64,000 nt of DNA from NCBI RefSeq assembly GCF_902459465.1, contig NC_047064.1:18476001-18540000 (forward strand), written 5' to 3'. Both the position numbers and the translations under genes were made by a program. This document shows, one piece after another, positions 37,431 to 49,710 of this stretch (its first letter is position 1; each line of letters opens with the position of its first letter). The notes beneath the pieces are model-generated. The model searched no databases and was not told where the DNA came from. It was given only the letters and a program-made list of their open reading frames with translations. Origin of the DNA: Asterias rubens (taxonomy: Eukaryota).

Positions 37431-38159
37431 TGCAACAGCTAGTTCTATTTTCTCAACAAATTAACATCACAACTAATTCAAATATTAGCAACAATAAACA
37501 ACTCTTTAATTATAGTTTTTAATTATCCTTTTGCTGAAACATTAAATACAGTGGAAATTTAAAAAAATAAACAATGCAGTGTACACATTAATTTAGGTAA
37601 AGTAATAAATAACTAGAAAAACATATTTTTAAACAATGCACTTTATACAGTTGAAACAAGGTTTGTTACCTGAAAAGATCACTGGTTTGTATGCATTATG
37701 TTTAGATGTATCACAAAGTGTGGTCTTTAACAATTACCAATAGTGTCCAGTGTATATTTAAAGGCACTGGACACCTTCAAAATTGTCAAAGACCAATATT
37801 CCCACTTGGTGTATCCCAACATATATGCATATAAAATAACAAACCTGTGAAAGTTCCGAGTGAGTAGGGATCCATGTCAGGGGCACAAACATGATCTACA
37901 AAAAGTGGCAAAATCTTTGAAAACTTGCATTTTCGTAGGTTTGTACCTTTTCGTCGCGGTTTCTGCTACATTAATTACTGCAAACAAATTGTACCAAGCA
38001 CTGACCTGTACTACGTTCATTCATTCATTCATTTTTAGTTAAAAAAACAAAAAACTGGCAGAACAAGATAAAGAATTGTTAGTTAAAAAATGTAGATTCA
38101 AGATATATAAGAGCAATTATTAAAAAATGGTTGGTACATGTAGGCCTACAGATATACAG

Positions 38160-38545
38160 TACATGTCCAGATAAAATTACAAAAATAGAAAAACTTTTCT
38201 GGTAAAATGGCAAAATGGCAATCACAAAATAAATTATTATAGGAATACTTCTATACATTGAAAATCCCCTTTTATAAAACCCCCTCTAACACAAAACCTG
38301 TTTGGATATTAACTGTTCATCCCCCCCCCCCCCCCCCCCCCCCCCCACCACCCGACGCAGTAGGTCCAGATAAAATTACAAAAATAGAAATACTCATCTG
38401 GTAAAATGGCAAAATGGCAATCACAAAATAAATTATTATAGGAATACATCTATACATTGAAAATCCCCTTTTATAAAACCCCCTTTAACACAAAACCTGT
38501 TTGGATATTAACTGTTCACCCCCCCCCCCCCACCCCCCACACCCG
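38160..38545. repeat. ~190-bp tandem duplication
   Basis: GTCCAGATAAAATTACAAAAATAGAAA...CCCACCCGACGCAGT appears twice. Confidence 0.8.
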
Positions 38546-38751
38546 ACGCAGTTGTCGCGAAGAAAAGCACCATTCTTAGACTTTGGTTTAAGAGTCTTGG
38601 ATTGAGCTACATCAAGTTTGGACAGTCCAATGCTCAAGGACACAAGTGCCATGGCTGGGATTGGAACCCACACTTGAATTCAATGATCTTTAACCACCCA
38701 GCTATGACACCTTACATGTACATACTTTGTGGATGCGACCTTCCCCTTTTG

Positions 38752-39480
38752 CTAAGTCCTTCCACAAATAGCCTTGAACATCTTTAGCATCATTATAAAC
38801 TTTTCATTGTCTTCATAGATTTGTTCAAGTACTTCTTCTTCAGTCTCGTCCGATTTCTCTCTCATTCGTATCCATCCAGGAGATGTTTCAATACCCAAGT
38901 AAGCGACTGCGATCGCTAATGACTCGTATCCCGACTTGCACCGAAGAAGTGTTTTCTTTGATTTTTTTCTGTGAAATTTTAGAATTGATGTTAACACAGC
39001 CTTCCATGTGTCACCAGTCATGGTTGCCAAGGCAATGCGGTCTCGGTTTATTAACATTCGGATGCCGTCTCCACCCTTGTAGGTCATGGCATAGTGGATG
39101 TGAAATGCAACAGAAGGGTGGTTGTTTATGAATCTTATGATCCGGTCAGCACAATCAACACATGGCGAATAGTTGATGAAGAGGTCGTATTCAGTCATCT
39201 TCTGGGGCATGCACATCCTGGAAAAGTTGTCTTCAAATGATAAAGACCAGTCTGCACACTCGAGGTCATCTAGGAAAGCACACTCGGCATGTTGTGACGG
39301 GGATTTTTTCGTTTTTCTTCTGCTGTGAAAAATCCTTTCCGTTCTGTCACTTTGAACGACGAGAATGGCTTCATGCGGCCATTTATACCGCTTGGATGTC
39401 TTGCGGCGTGGATCCTGTACGCCCGTTCTGATCATGATTTCAATGTCATCTTCACAACTGCGAGGCGCGTTGGTTGCCAT
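38752..39480 (-). CDS. DA3: AID/APOBEC-like deaminase, 242 aa
   Basis: QHAECAF ... LFINYSPCVDC. The ATG lies 12 nt after a poly-T tract and acceptor. Confidence 0.9.
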   Translation of the reverse strand: MATNAPRSCEDDIEIMIRTGVQDPRRKTSKRYKWPHEAILVVQSDRTERIFHSRRKTKKSPSQHAECAFLDDLECADWSLSFEDNFSRMCMPQKMTEYDLFINYSPCVDCADRIIRFINNHPSVAFHIHYAMTYKGGDGIRMLINRDRIALATMTGDTWKAVLTSILKFHRKKSKKTLLRCKSGYESLAIAVAYLGIETSPGWIRMREKSDETEEEVLEQIYEDNEKFIMMLKMFKAICGRT

Positions 39481-39744
39481 GCTTGTTGGATACTGTAAAA
39501 AAAAAAAAAAAAAAAAAAAAAGATTCTTGATGTCAGTTGTTGTTGGTGTTTTACGAATTGAACATTCACGCTTCACATCAAAATAAACTATAAGAGAGGT
39601 TTAGCAACACATATTTACCTAGAGCGTCAACATAATAAAAATAAATATCAAAGTCTTATAGCGCACGTACTAAACGCTGAGTATACAAACTTTCACAAAG
39701 ATAGGTTATTGCAGTGATGAATTCTGAGACCCAATTATGTAGCA

Positions 39745-40015
39745 CCTTATTATGGGTTTACAAGGTGCTACGGCGCATACATGTACAGCAGCCACAGCCA
39801 GGAACACTGGGGCGAACCCCTTCTCTTTTCGATAGCATGCGCTGCACAACACAGGGGACCAACGACTTTACGTCCCGTCCGAAGGACGAAGCAATGGTTA
39901 AGTGTCTTGCCCAAGGACACAAGTGTCACAGCTGGGGATTCGAACCCACACTCTGCTGATCAGAAACATGAGAGTTTGAATTCGGTGCTCTATAATCGCT
40001 CGTCCACGACACGAC
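39745..40015 (-). mobile_element. tRNA-derived SINE (related copies ~9232-9500, 45725-46058, 12700-12980, 10590-10700)
   Basis: tRNA-like head with B-box GGTTCGAATCC on the - strand and a shared body CAAGGACACAAGTGTCAC. Confidence 0.65.
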
Positions 40016-40588
40016 ACATGAGTGTGTGAAACAGTTTTCCTTACTGTTAAGTTAAAAAGAAGCCAGTATATCAAACATGGGATTCTTTTTGTGTGAATAT
40101 GTCTGTACAGTCAACCATAGGCCTGCTGAAACTGGCAAACAATTTATGACGCCATCTGGCAACTGGACAAACTTTTCGCTTTCATTTGTAGACCCCCCCC
40201 CCCCCCAGTCAGACCTTTAACAAATGTTTTACATGTATTTCTGACTCCACACATCCCTTCTTGTTCTCATCTACGAAATCGCCACTGTTGTACTTTCCAA
40301 TGGGTAATTATTATTGTCTGAATCGATTCAAATAAGGGAATCCTTAAAAATAATATCAGAATTTGTTTGGAGGATGGCAATATACAAAAAACAAAATTGG
40401 GGGGGGGGGGGCTATGGGTTAGAAGAATAGAAAACTTAACTACCTCAAAGTACTAGGAGTTTATTAACTCTGAAATGTAACATGCCCCAACTTTGGTTCA
40501 ACCGAAAGTCTGTTGAGTTGCCATGGTTATACAGGAAACAATACTAGCACAATGTATTAAATAGGATTTGAGGAAACGATGTACTTAC

Positions 40589-40720
40589 AAGTTATGGATG
40601 TTTAGGTGGTTCAGTTGATCTGTGTAGAAAAGCCTGTGAATGCTTTTTGTGGACTTGCATCTAAGGCGGTCTCTTTTTGTAAGTTGTAGACAGTGCATTC
40701 AAGGAATATGCGTACATTGG
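40589..40720 (-). other. Putative non-coding first exon of DA3
   Basis: Donor TT|GTAAGTAC; perfect TATAAATA at 40743-40750. Confidence 0.6.
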
Positions 40721-40907
40721 AAAAAGTACTGGACAACACGGGTATTTATACAACATTTCTAAAATTGGATTGTAGGCCTACATGTAATTAAAATGTGCAG
40801 AGACTAGACAGTAGATGAGCTCATTTCCAAGTTTATTTCTTACAACTGTGGTACGTATTGCACAGTTTTTGAGGCAAGCATCAAAGCGTTATTGCTGAGA
40901 ACTGTGG

Positions 40908-40990
40908 TATTGCGAAATCTTTGAGGCTAGCATCAAAGTTAGTTCATTTCTTACAACTGTTGTATTGCGAAATCTTTGAGGGAGTTCCCC
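40908..40990 (-). promoter_or_regulatory. DA3 kB + repeated C/EBP module
   Basis: TATTGCGAAAT twice, then GGGAGTTCCCC. Confidence 0.65.
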
Positions 40991-41407
40991 CAATCGAGTT
41001 GTGATGTACATTACATGTGCAGTGTTCAGGGAATCTGTCTATTATGAGAAAATACTCTCAGACTTTCTCAAAAACTAAGTAGCTATTTCTCAGAACTATA
41101 TTGTACTATGAAGAGCTCTCCGTTGCTCGTTCAAGTAAGTTTTAATGCTAACATATATTTTGAGAAGATAAACTTGAAGAAGAACCATACTAGAACGTCC
41201 CAGATTGCAGAGTTGGCTTTTATGAACCCGACATAAACGTAAGTAAACGGGTTTCCTGCTCGCAAGGTTTGGCGCTCCCGAGATGTTGCGCTCGCAAGCT
41301 TTCATGCTTATCCCTCACGTTTCAGTTTTTTTTTTTAACATCTGATCCTCACACATTCCTGGAAGTACAGACTCCCTTTAAAAGATCTCGTATTTGAATA
41401 ATACTGC

Positions 41408-41417
41408 GGGGAATTCC
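41408..41417. promoter_or_regulatory. Upstream kB site (DA3 enhancer-like module)
   Basis: GGGGAATTCC within a block homologous to 46590-46860. Confidence 0.5.
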
Positions 41418-43378
41418 ACCGATGTGACACACTCAACTGGGAAATGAAGAAAAAAAAATTGTTATCTGTTATACTTTTTATTGAATGATTCTTTGCTCAG
41501 TCAGTAAATAGTTTTTCTTCTAACTTGGTATTTGATAATATCCTCTAGGAATTAATTGCATGCCATAAAAATATACCGCATATTCCCGTAACAAACCACA
41601 ATGTACTGCACCACCTTATAAACTGTAAACACTTTTTTAAATAATCAATAACTACTCTCTTTTTGGAAAGCACTTCGGACCTACAATGTATGCGTGTGTG
41701 CGCTATAAGTGCTGTTTGTTATTATTGTCATTAATTAATATCAAGAGTTTTGTTGTATAAACCTCAGCTCATAAACATAGTCATTAACATAACTGAGGAG
41801 TACGTTTTAGTCATATTCCTCCTTGTCATATCTTCCTCGTTAAAGGCACTGGACACCTTTGGTAATTGTCAAAGACCAGTCTTCTCACTTGGTGTATCTC
41901 AAAATATGCATATAATAACAAACCTGTAAAAATTTAAGCTCAATTAGTTGTCAAAGTTGCGAGATATATTTATACAATATTGGATGGCTTTGAGGGGGAT
42001 ACAAGAATACATTGCATGAGCTATGACAATATTGCACGAGTCGAAGACGAGTGCAATATTGTCATAGCGAGTGCAGTATATTTTTGTATACCCCGAAAAA
42101 GCCATCTAATATTATTATTATTATTTATGTCAGGCTGAGGACTTGATCAAAGCAACACTACTTTGGTTCACCTGATTCCAGATTTTCAAATTCAATTTTA
42201 TTATTATGTTTTTCTCTAAACACTAGCTCGCAAGCGTAAGCCTTTTTTTTTTTGACCTACTCTTTCAAATTTCGTTGGAAGATTTTTCCCGTCAGGTAAG
42301 CTCTCAGAACATGTACTGCTTGTTTTGTAGCCTTCAAGGTGTTTTCTGCGTCTTTGTTCTTCAAAAGTTCTTCAAAATCCTCATCGGAAACCGAAGCGAA
42401 TCTCGTACCACTAGTAGAAGTAGCCATTGTTATTGATAATATTATTTCAGCTCCGTTCACTGGTTAACAACAGTGAGCGTGCACTCTTGACTATCATGAT
42501 CATGGGAACCAGCGAAACTTGTTAAAATGCCTGGATGGATAGTGGTTGAACAGTATGACAACCGATATAGTTGAATTGCACTAGATCATGTACAGTATAA
42601 ACATTTCTTTAGAAAGAGCTAAAGGTAAAACAGTTAAAACACACAATTAGCTAATGAGCAAGTATTACAAACAATCCAAACAACAAACAATTAACCAGCA
42701 CTTAAAAAAAATAATGAGACTTAACAAAAATAGACGTAAACAAAGGGGTGATAATGAAAGAAAAATCACCCTTGTCCCACAAAGTTGTATGCTATCAGAT
42801 GCTTGATTTCGAGACCGTAAAATCTAATTCTGATGTCTCTAAATCAAATTCATGGAAAATTAGTTCTTTCTCGAAAACTACGTTTACTTCAGAGGGAGCC
42901 GTTTCTCACAATGTTTTTAACTAACAACAGCTCCCCATTACTTGTTGCCAAGTAAGGTTTTGTGCTAATAATTATTTTGAATAATTACCAATAATGTCCA
43001 TCCTTACTCATCATCATAACTTTCCTCTAAATCATTTAAAATCTCCCTCATTTCGACCATGTAACCAACCCCACAGTGGCCTTTACTTTCACTAATGTCA
43101 CAAACTTTCTCCTAGATTTATTTATTTATTTTGTGTTTTTCAGTTTTGTCTGATTACCTTCTTTATTGGATATACTGCGTATAAATACAAGCGCCTTATA
43201 CCCAGGAAATTACGATACATGTAGGAGAGCTTTCATTTCCAAGTGACTTGTTACTAGAATTATCCTGAAACTTTTCTTTCAGTTATCACTCTTTATCATT
43301 TATATGTTTGATTGATATAACCTCTCCCATAGCGGCCAAAGACCACCCCATACGGTGGGTAACCTGTCTCATCATATC

Positions 43379-44632
43379 TTAATCATCAAAACCTACATCA
43401 TCATAACCTTCTTCGGCGCCGTAACCTTTCTCTAAGTAATCATAACCCCCCTCATAGTAGCCGTAACCACTCCCGTATTGTCGATAACCTCTCCCATAGT
43501 GTCTATAACCAACCTTATATGGGCGATAAGCTCTCCCATACTGGCCAACGGCAACCCCATATGGCCGATGACCTCTCCTGAAGCGAACATCACTTTCCCA
43601 ATCATCATAACCTCCCTCATCATCGTAATACCCTTCCTCATCGTCACAACTTTCCTCCCCATCACAATTTTCCTCCTTGTCACAGCTGTCCTCCCTGTCA
43701 CAACCTTCCCCATCAGAATCTTCCCAACAATTGTAATAGTCCCAATCATCATAACCTTCCTCATCATCGTAATACCCTTCCTCATCGTCACAACTTTCCT
43801 CATCGTCACAATTTTCTTCGTCGTCACATTTGCCCTTCCCGTCACAACCTTCCTCCCCGTCACAACCTTCCTCATCATAACCTTCCCATTCATCATAACA
43901 CTCCTTATATTTTTTCTCATCGTTACAGCCTTCCTTGAGGTCACAAACTTCCTCATTGATTGTTTGAAGGTTTTTTTTTTCATTCTTGTCTGATTTCTCT
44001 CTCCATATAATCCATCCAGGGGAGCTTTCAATGCCCAAGTCTTCAACTGTTATCTGTAATGACTTGTACCCAGAATTATCCTGAAACTTTTGTTTCAACT
44101 TTAGCAGTTTGTGTATGTGAATGTCCAGAAATGATAATACCACAGCATGCCAATTGTAATCATTCATGGTTGCCAAGGTAATCCTGTCTTGATTCTTTAA
44201 TTTTCTGAGACCGCCACCATCCTGGTAGGTCATGGCATAGTGGATGTGAAATTCAACAGAAGGATGGTTATTGATGAACTGTATGATCCGGTCAGCACAA
44301 TCAACACATGGCGAGTAGTTGATGTACAGTTCGTATTTAGTCATCTGCTGGGACAAGCTCAGGATCTGGGAAATCAGGTCGTCCAATGATAAAGACTGAT
44401 CTGCTGACTCAAGGTCTTCCAGGAATGCACACTCTGCGTGTTGTGCTCCTCCAATGGGCATTGATTTCGGAGTGCTGTGGTAAATCTTGTTCAGTCTGTC
44501 ACTTTGAACTAAAAGAATGGCCTCCCGTGGCCATCTATATCGCTTTGATGTCCTATGACGCCAATCCCATACGCCCGTTCTGATCATGATTTCAATGTCA
44601 TATCCACAACTGTACGGACTGCTTCTTGCCAT
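43379..44632 (-). CDS. DA4: AID/APOBEC-like deaminase, 417 aa, with acidic D/E-C-G-Y and R/G/Y-rich tail
   Basis: QHAECAF ... LYINYSPCVDC; acceptor 13 nt upstream of the ATG. Confidence 0.9.
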   Translation of the reverse strand: MARSSPYSCGYDIEIMIRTGVWDWRHRTSKRYRWPREAILLVQSDRLNKIYHSTPKSMPIGGAQHAECAFLEDLESADQSLSLDDLISQILSLSQQMTKYELYINYSPCVDCADRIIQFINNHPSVEFHIHYAMTYQDGGGLRKLKNQDRITLATMNDYNWHAVVLSFLDIHIHKLLKLKQKFQDNSGYKSLQITVEDLGIESSPGWIIWREKSDKNEKKNLQTINEEVCDLKEGCNDEKKYKECYDEWEGYDEEGCDGEEGCDGKGKCDDEENCDDEESCDDEEGYYDDEEGYDDWDYYNCWEDSDGEGCDREDSCDKEENCDGEESCDDEEGYYDDEGGYDDWESDVRFRRGHRPYGVAVGQYGRAYRPYKVGYRHYGRGYRQYGSGYGYYEGGYDYLEKGYGAEEGYDDVGFDD

Positions 44633-45095
44633 GCTGGTGTAATTCCTGTAACAAGTACAGAAAGCATAAATAATTGTCAGATTAGCTCCAGTGGTTTTGT
44701 TTAAGATGTTCTCTAAAAAATAATTTGAGCTCTAGTTTGTTGACTGAGGGAACTGTTTCCAAAAGTTCACTACAAATCTGTGACTGTTGATCTTTTTTCA
44801 GCAATGATTCTGGCCCCTTTTTTATACTTTTGGTTTTTGGCCATGACCTGAATCCTTACTCACTGTGAATGAAGATGTATGTAATATAATTTACCTGAAG
44901 ACGTTTCAGCTTCATTGGTCAAGTTTTTGAGAAAATCACAGGGCCATGTTTTCAGGAGGGTAAGTTTATTGTAAATCTGTGCATAATGTGATGTGTCCTA
45001 CAAAAAGTACCAAAACCCTTTATATAAGCCCAGTTTTGTCTTCATTTTAACCCATGGGCCTACACATCGAACAAAATGTGAAAAAATATACTCAC

Positions 45096-45200
45096 AGTAG
45101 TTTGTTGTCTTGAATGTCCAGTTGGTCTGTGAGATCTTTAATGAGATCTGTAATTGTGCTTTCAATAAATCTGCACTTTCAATAAATCTGAGGCGTACAC
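45096..45200 (-). other. Putative non-coding first exon of DA4
   Basis: Donor CT|GTGAGTAT; homologous to the DA2 first exons. Confidence 0.6.
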
Positions 45201-45297
45201 TGGAAACAATGTTGGGCAACTCGGTCATTTGTTAAGCATTTTCTGGACTTTGATCTTAATATGTCACTGTTACCAGAGTAACGGTGACAAAAAGTGG

Positions 45298-45325
45298 TAT
45301 TGCAAAGCCATTGAGGGAAATCCCC
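45298..45325 (-). promoter_or_regulatory. DA4 kB + C/EBP-like module
   Basis: TATTGCAA ... GGGAAATCCCC. Confidence 0.65.
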
Positions 45326-46601
45326 AAACTAACTTGTTCACATTTTAAATTATTCTCCGCAGACACAAACAATCACAACAGACAGTACACATTGAGTTGG
45401 TTTATTTGTATCAGCTTCAAGTGCTGTGTTTTTATCGACCATGTCACACCAAAAAAACAGTAACTATTAAATAATTTTGTTTATTTATGAATTAACGTAA
45501 TACAATTAATTTTATACAATTAACAAAAAGTATATACAATAAGCCACTGAAAGAAAGACAATAGAGAGAATAATGTACAAAAGGTGTATACAAAAGATTA
45601 CGAGACAACCCCCAAAATACTCACGGATCAAGAACATTTAAAAAAAAAAAAATCTGAAAACAGTTTGAAACTCATCGCAAATAAATGCCAAGACTATTAT
45701 TGTTTTTTTAATTATTCATAGTTTATAATAATATTTGAGTTTATATAGCGCTTTTTCACTCCCGAATGGGTGTCTCAAAGCGCTTCAAATTATTACCCCT
45801 GGTCACTGGGCCTTAGTTCACTCCTTAAACCATCTCAGCTCCCTGGGGAGTATACAGCCTCGTGCAACAAATGTGCTACTCGGCTAAATCAATCACAAGA
45901 ACCATCTCTGCCCTCACAGGTCCCCATTTACCCCTGGGTCGAGAGAAGCAATAATGGTTAAGTGTTTTGCTCAGTGTCACGACCGGGATTCGAACCCACA
46001 CACTGCTGAACAGAATCAGCAGAGCTTGAATTCGGTGCTCTTAACCGCTCGGCCAAGTTTATTAAAAACATCATTCAATTTGGTTGCCATGGGCAAAATT
46101 ACAATTGAATTTACCCAAAAATTACAGTAGAAACATTTTACAATAAAAACAATATATGTTTGCAATAAAAATAGAATGCTGTGTTTTCATAGTAGTGTTT
46201 GTAGGATATTTTTATGTCCATTGATTAATTTTTATATATTTTTTTTTGGAAATCCATTGTTGGTACCTACATGTTACTGTCAATCATTCTATCTTTTTGT
46301 AACTGCCATCATGGAATAAGTATTTATTTTAATTTATTGGAAACAAATTAAGCGAGAAAAAAACAATTTGTAAGACAGTGCCAAAAATCTTCACATTTGG
46401 CATGACTTCTCCAGGGCTCATGTTTCTATAGCGCGGACGTAAAATAAACAGGGAACGATTTTTTGTATTCCTTTTTCTTTACATTTGTAAAAATGCGGTT
46501 GACATTGTTGCCTACAAAGCTGTATGGCCATACAAAATAAATGTTATGTTTCTGTTATGCGTCAAGTCCCCATTTCAGATTGTACATGATTGCATGGCAG
46601 C

Positions 46602-46611
46602 GGGGAATTCC
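46602..46611. promoter_or_regulatory. Upstream kB site (DA4 enhancer-like module)
   Basis: GGGGAATTCC, followed ~25 bp away by GGAAATGAAA. Confidence 0.5.
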
Positions 46612-48133
46612 ACCGATGTGGATGACATACTCAACAGGGAAATGAAAAAAAAAATTGTTATCTGTAATAAAGAAAGTACCTTTTATGGAATGATTCTTTG
46701 CTCAGTGAATAGTTTTTCTTCTAACTTGGTATTTTATTATCCTCTTGGAGTCAATTGCACATAATCATAATAATGTACTACTGAAAATATTTGATAAATA
46801 AAATAATATACCGCGTAATAATCCATAATACTGCACCACCTTATAAACCGGTGGTCTCATAATTCAAAAACCTGTCTTAACAAACAAGGGAGCACTTTAG
46901 GCGGGCTCCTTGTTGAAGCGCTATATATACAAACTAGTTATTATTATTCCTATTTTTAGCTGTTCCGACCCACTGTCGAAACAGGTATTGTTTTTGTCAA
47001 GATTTTTATCATTTTCTGTCTTACTCTTTGTTTCTGCCTAACCCCCCGTAGCGTTTGTACACTTTTTTTGCATCCTAAAGTGTAAAAATGAAAGAGTTAG
47101 ATCTTATATCAAATTGAAGCTTAGAACATAAACTTAACTCTAAAGTAAAACAAAAATTTCAATTACTTAACGATGTGATCTGCATTTGAATATTAAAATA
47201 CTAAATCTTTGCAGCACCATATCTCATGAAGTTCATAGCCGATTTTGAAACCTTTTTCCCAGTTATATACTCCTTGGGCATTTGAGATTAGCATTGGGTA
47301 ACCATGACCTAATGTTGACCTACCTCCGGGTCAACCGGAAGTAGGTCCATAATCTCAAGACTTTTGTTCAGATATAAAACCTTGAGCATTAAAGGTTAGA
47401 CAAGGGTTATCATAACCCATGTTGACCTTTATTTCTGGTTTCAAATTTCCTTTAGATTCAGGGTCAGAATGAAGCTCAGGTTTAGTTTTTTAGAGACACT
47501 AAAAGGAACATTTAAAAATACAGAATTGGTTTTGCTAGCAAAAAAAGTTGCTTGCAGTGTATGCACTTTATGTAATCCACCATATACATAAACTGCCAAA
47601 CCTGTAGAAGTTCGGCCATCTGGGTCACGAGAGAATAGTGAAAAACTGATTACAAATTTTGCATTGCATCGATGCCAACAAAAAATGAATAAAATGCTCA
47701 CCGAGCGATAAACTCCAAACGCGAAATCAGATTGCTTATTTCTCATCAAATATGAAATTTCAGACAGGAATATTTCAAAGGATGATTTCAACTATCATCA
47801 TCATTAGACCGTGTAAGTTTCATGTAAATCTGTGATTTTCACGATTCTTTTTCTTACCAATTCTGTAACACCCCTTTAATTGGAAAGGGGCTTCTCAAAG
47901 GTCAAGAATCTTCTATCTTTAAATCAGACATTGGTATACATAGATTTGAGGCACTTAATCGAAGCAAAACCACACAAAATAGCTTTGTGTTTGTTGATAA
48001 ACACTAAATGTCTTTTATCTTGTTTTTTGTTTCTTTAGTACAAACCTGATTGAGTTCCATTTTCTTTTCCCTAAAAACAATCTTGATATCCAGATTCGCC
48101 TTGGGCGCTCTCCATGCCCTCCCTCTCCTCATA

Positions 48134-48793
48134 CTATTCCCTTAGAATTTTTGCAAGTATTTCATTTTCAGTCTTGTCTGCATTCTCGCGCCACCATTTC
48201 CATTTATCAGAGTCTTTAATTAGGTCTAAGTGTTTAACTACTTTTGTTATTGACTCATACCCTGAATTATCCCGGCGAATAATCTCCAAAACTGGGATTT
48301 CTTTTTTGTGAAAGTCTAGAATTGCTGTTATCACAGACTGCCATTTACCACTATTCATGGTTGCCAAGGTTATGCGCTCTTGATGCATTAGCATTCTGAG
48401 GCCATCTCCGCCATCCTTGTATAACATGGCATAGTGGATGTGAAATTCAACAAAAGGTTGGTCGTTTATGAATCTTACTATTCGATCTGCACAATCAACA
48501 CATGGCGAGTTATTGATGTAGAGTTCATATTTGGTCATCTGCTGGAACATCAGAGGAACAGAGTCTTTGAATTCTGAGTTCCAACCACCAGACTCGACAA
48601 GCTTGAGATCATCTAGGAAGGCATCCTCGGCATGTTTTGGTGTATTTCCTCTTCTCAGTCTGCTGTGATAAATCTCCCTCAGTTTGGTACTTTGAACTAT
48701 AAGAATTGTTTTCTTTTCTTGTGAAGTTTGTTGTCCTTGGCTAAGCATGTTTTCAATGTTCTCTGTCCAATTGCTCTGCACGTTTCCTGCCAT
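48134..48793 (-). CDS. DA5: AID/APOBEC-like deaminase, 219 aa, short loop 1, no tail
   Basis: KHAEDAF ... LYINNSPCVDC; acceptor 13 nt upstream of the ATG. Confidence 0.88.
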   Translation of the reverse strand: MAGNVQSNWTENIENMLSQGQQTSQEKKTILIVQSTKLREIYHSRLRRGNTPKHAEDAFLDDLKLVESGGWNSEFKDSVPLMFQQMTKYELYINNSPCVDCADRIVRFINDQPFVEFHIHYAMLYKDGGDGLRMLMHQERITLATMNSGKWQSVITAILDFHKKEIPVLEIIRRDNSGYESITKVVKHLDLIKDSDKWKWWRENADKTENEILAKILRE

Positions 48794-49504
48794 ACTGGTA
48801 TGACACCTGTAAAAGAACAGACAAAATGCACATCTCAGCTTTTGGTAATATCTTAAAAGCATGTGTGTAATTCAGACTTTGAACTTAGCGATTGCCCATT
48901 TGACAAATATGAGCGGAAACAGGGGCGGGCAAGTAAATCTTTTAAAAGTGCAGGGAGGGGGGAAAGAACAGAGCAATGCATGTATGGGCCAGGGGAAAGC
49001 AACGCTGGGCCAGGAGGGAAGGGGGGGGGGGGCCAAGCCAGGCAGGGGGAAGAAAAGGGAAGTGCAGGGGATAAAGCAGGAGGCAGAGCAAGACATCAGA
49101 GGGGGTAGGGACAGAATGGTAGGGGGCAGGGTGGGGTAGGTAAAGTCAGGCAATAGTGTGGGGGGGGGGGGCGGAGGTGGGTTATGAAGGTTTAAAAACC
49201 TGCTAAGCAAATTTGTAAAACCCGCTAACAAACAAAGCATGGAAACCTTGGCATTATTACGGTTTGATTTGTGTAAGCTTTAGAGAAAGTTAAAGACCTC
49301 ACTTTTTAAAATGCATTTTGTCAGGGCTGAGATTAACGTTATTGTGTGCAAAACCCCCAAATTAAATAATTTTATAGATCTCAACCATTGTCAATTGAGT
49401 AAAAGGCTGGAGCATTAAACAAATTATTTGTATGTGATATATACATACTTTGTTTAACCCATACATTCACTTAACTCTGTAAAATATGATAAACATGTAC
49501 TTAC

Positions 49505-49615
49505 AGTTTGTGGATTGTTGGTTAGTCCAGTGGGTCTTTTAGTTTGCCTCTTAGTAAAAGTTGAAAAGGTTGGTGTCCTGTTGAAAATTTTCAGGCAAGA
49601 CTAACACGTAATTTG
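49505..49615 (-). other. Putative non-coding first exon of DA5
   Basis: Donor CT|GTAAGTAC at the homologous position. Confidence 0.55.
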
Positions 49616-49710
49616 TGGCTTGCACTTGAAGATAGCATGGCCAATTTATGGTACAGTGCATAAACAGAAAATTTGTCATATATGTGGACTCTGGGCAATA
49701 GAAAAGGAGG

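Noticed and set aside
39900-40015. tRNA-like sequences with A/B boxes
   Set aside because: Heads of multi-copy SINEs; they do not form a complete cloverleaf.
43432-44046. Alternative-frame and antisense ORFs over the DA4 tail (similarly 31484-31783, 60125-60688)
   Set aside because: Shadows of low-complexity coding repeats with no independent motifs.
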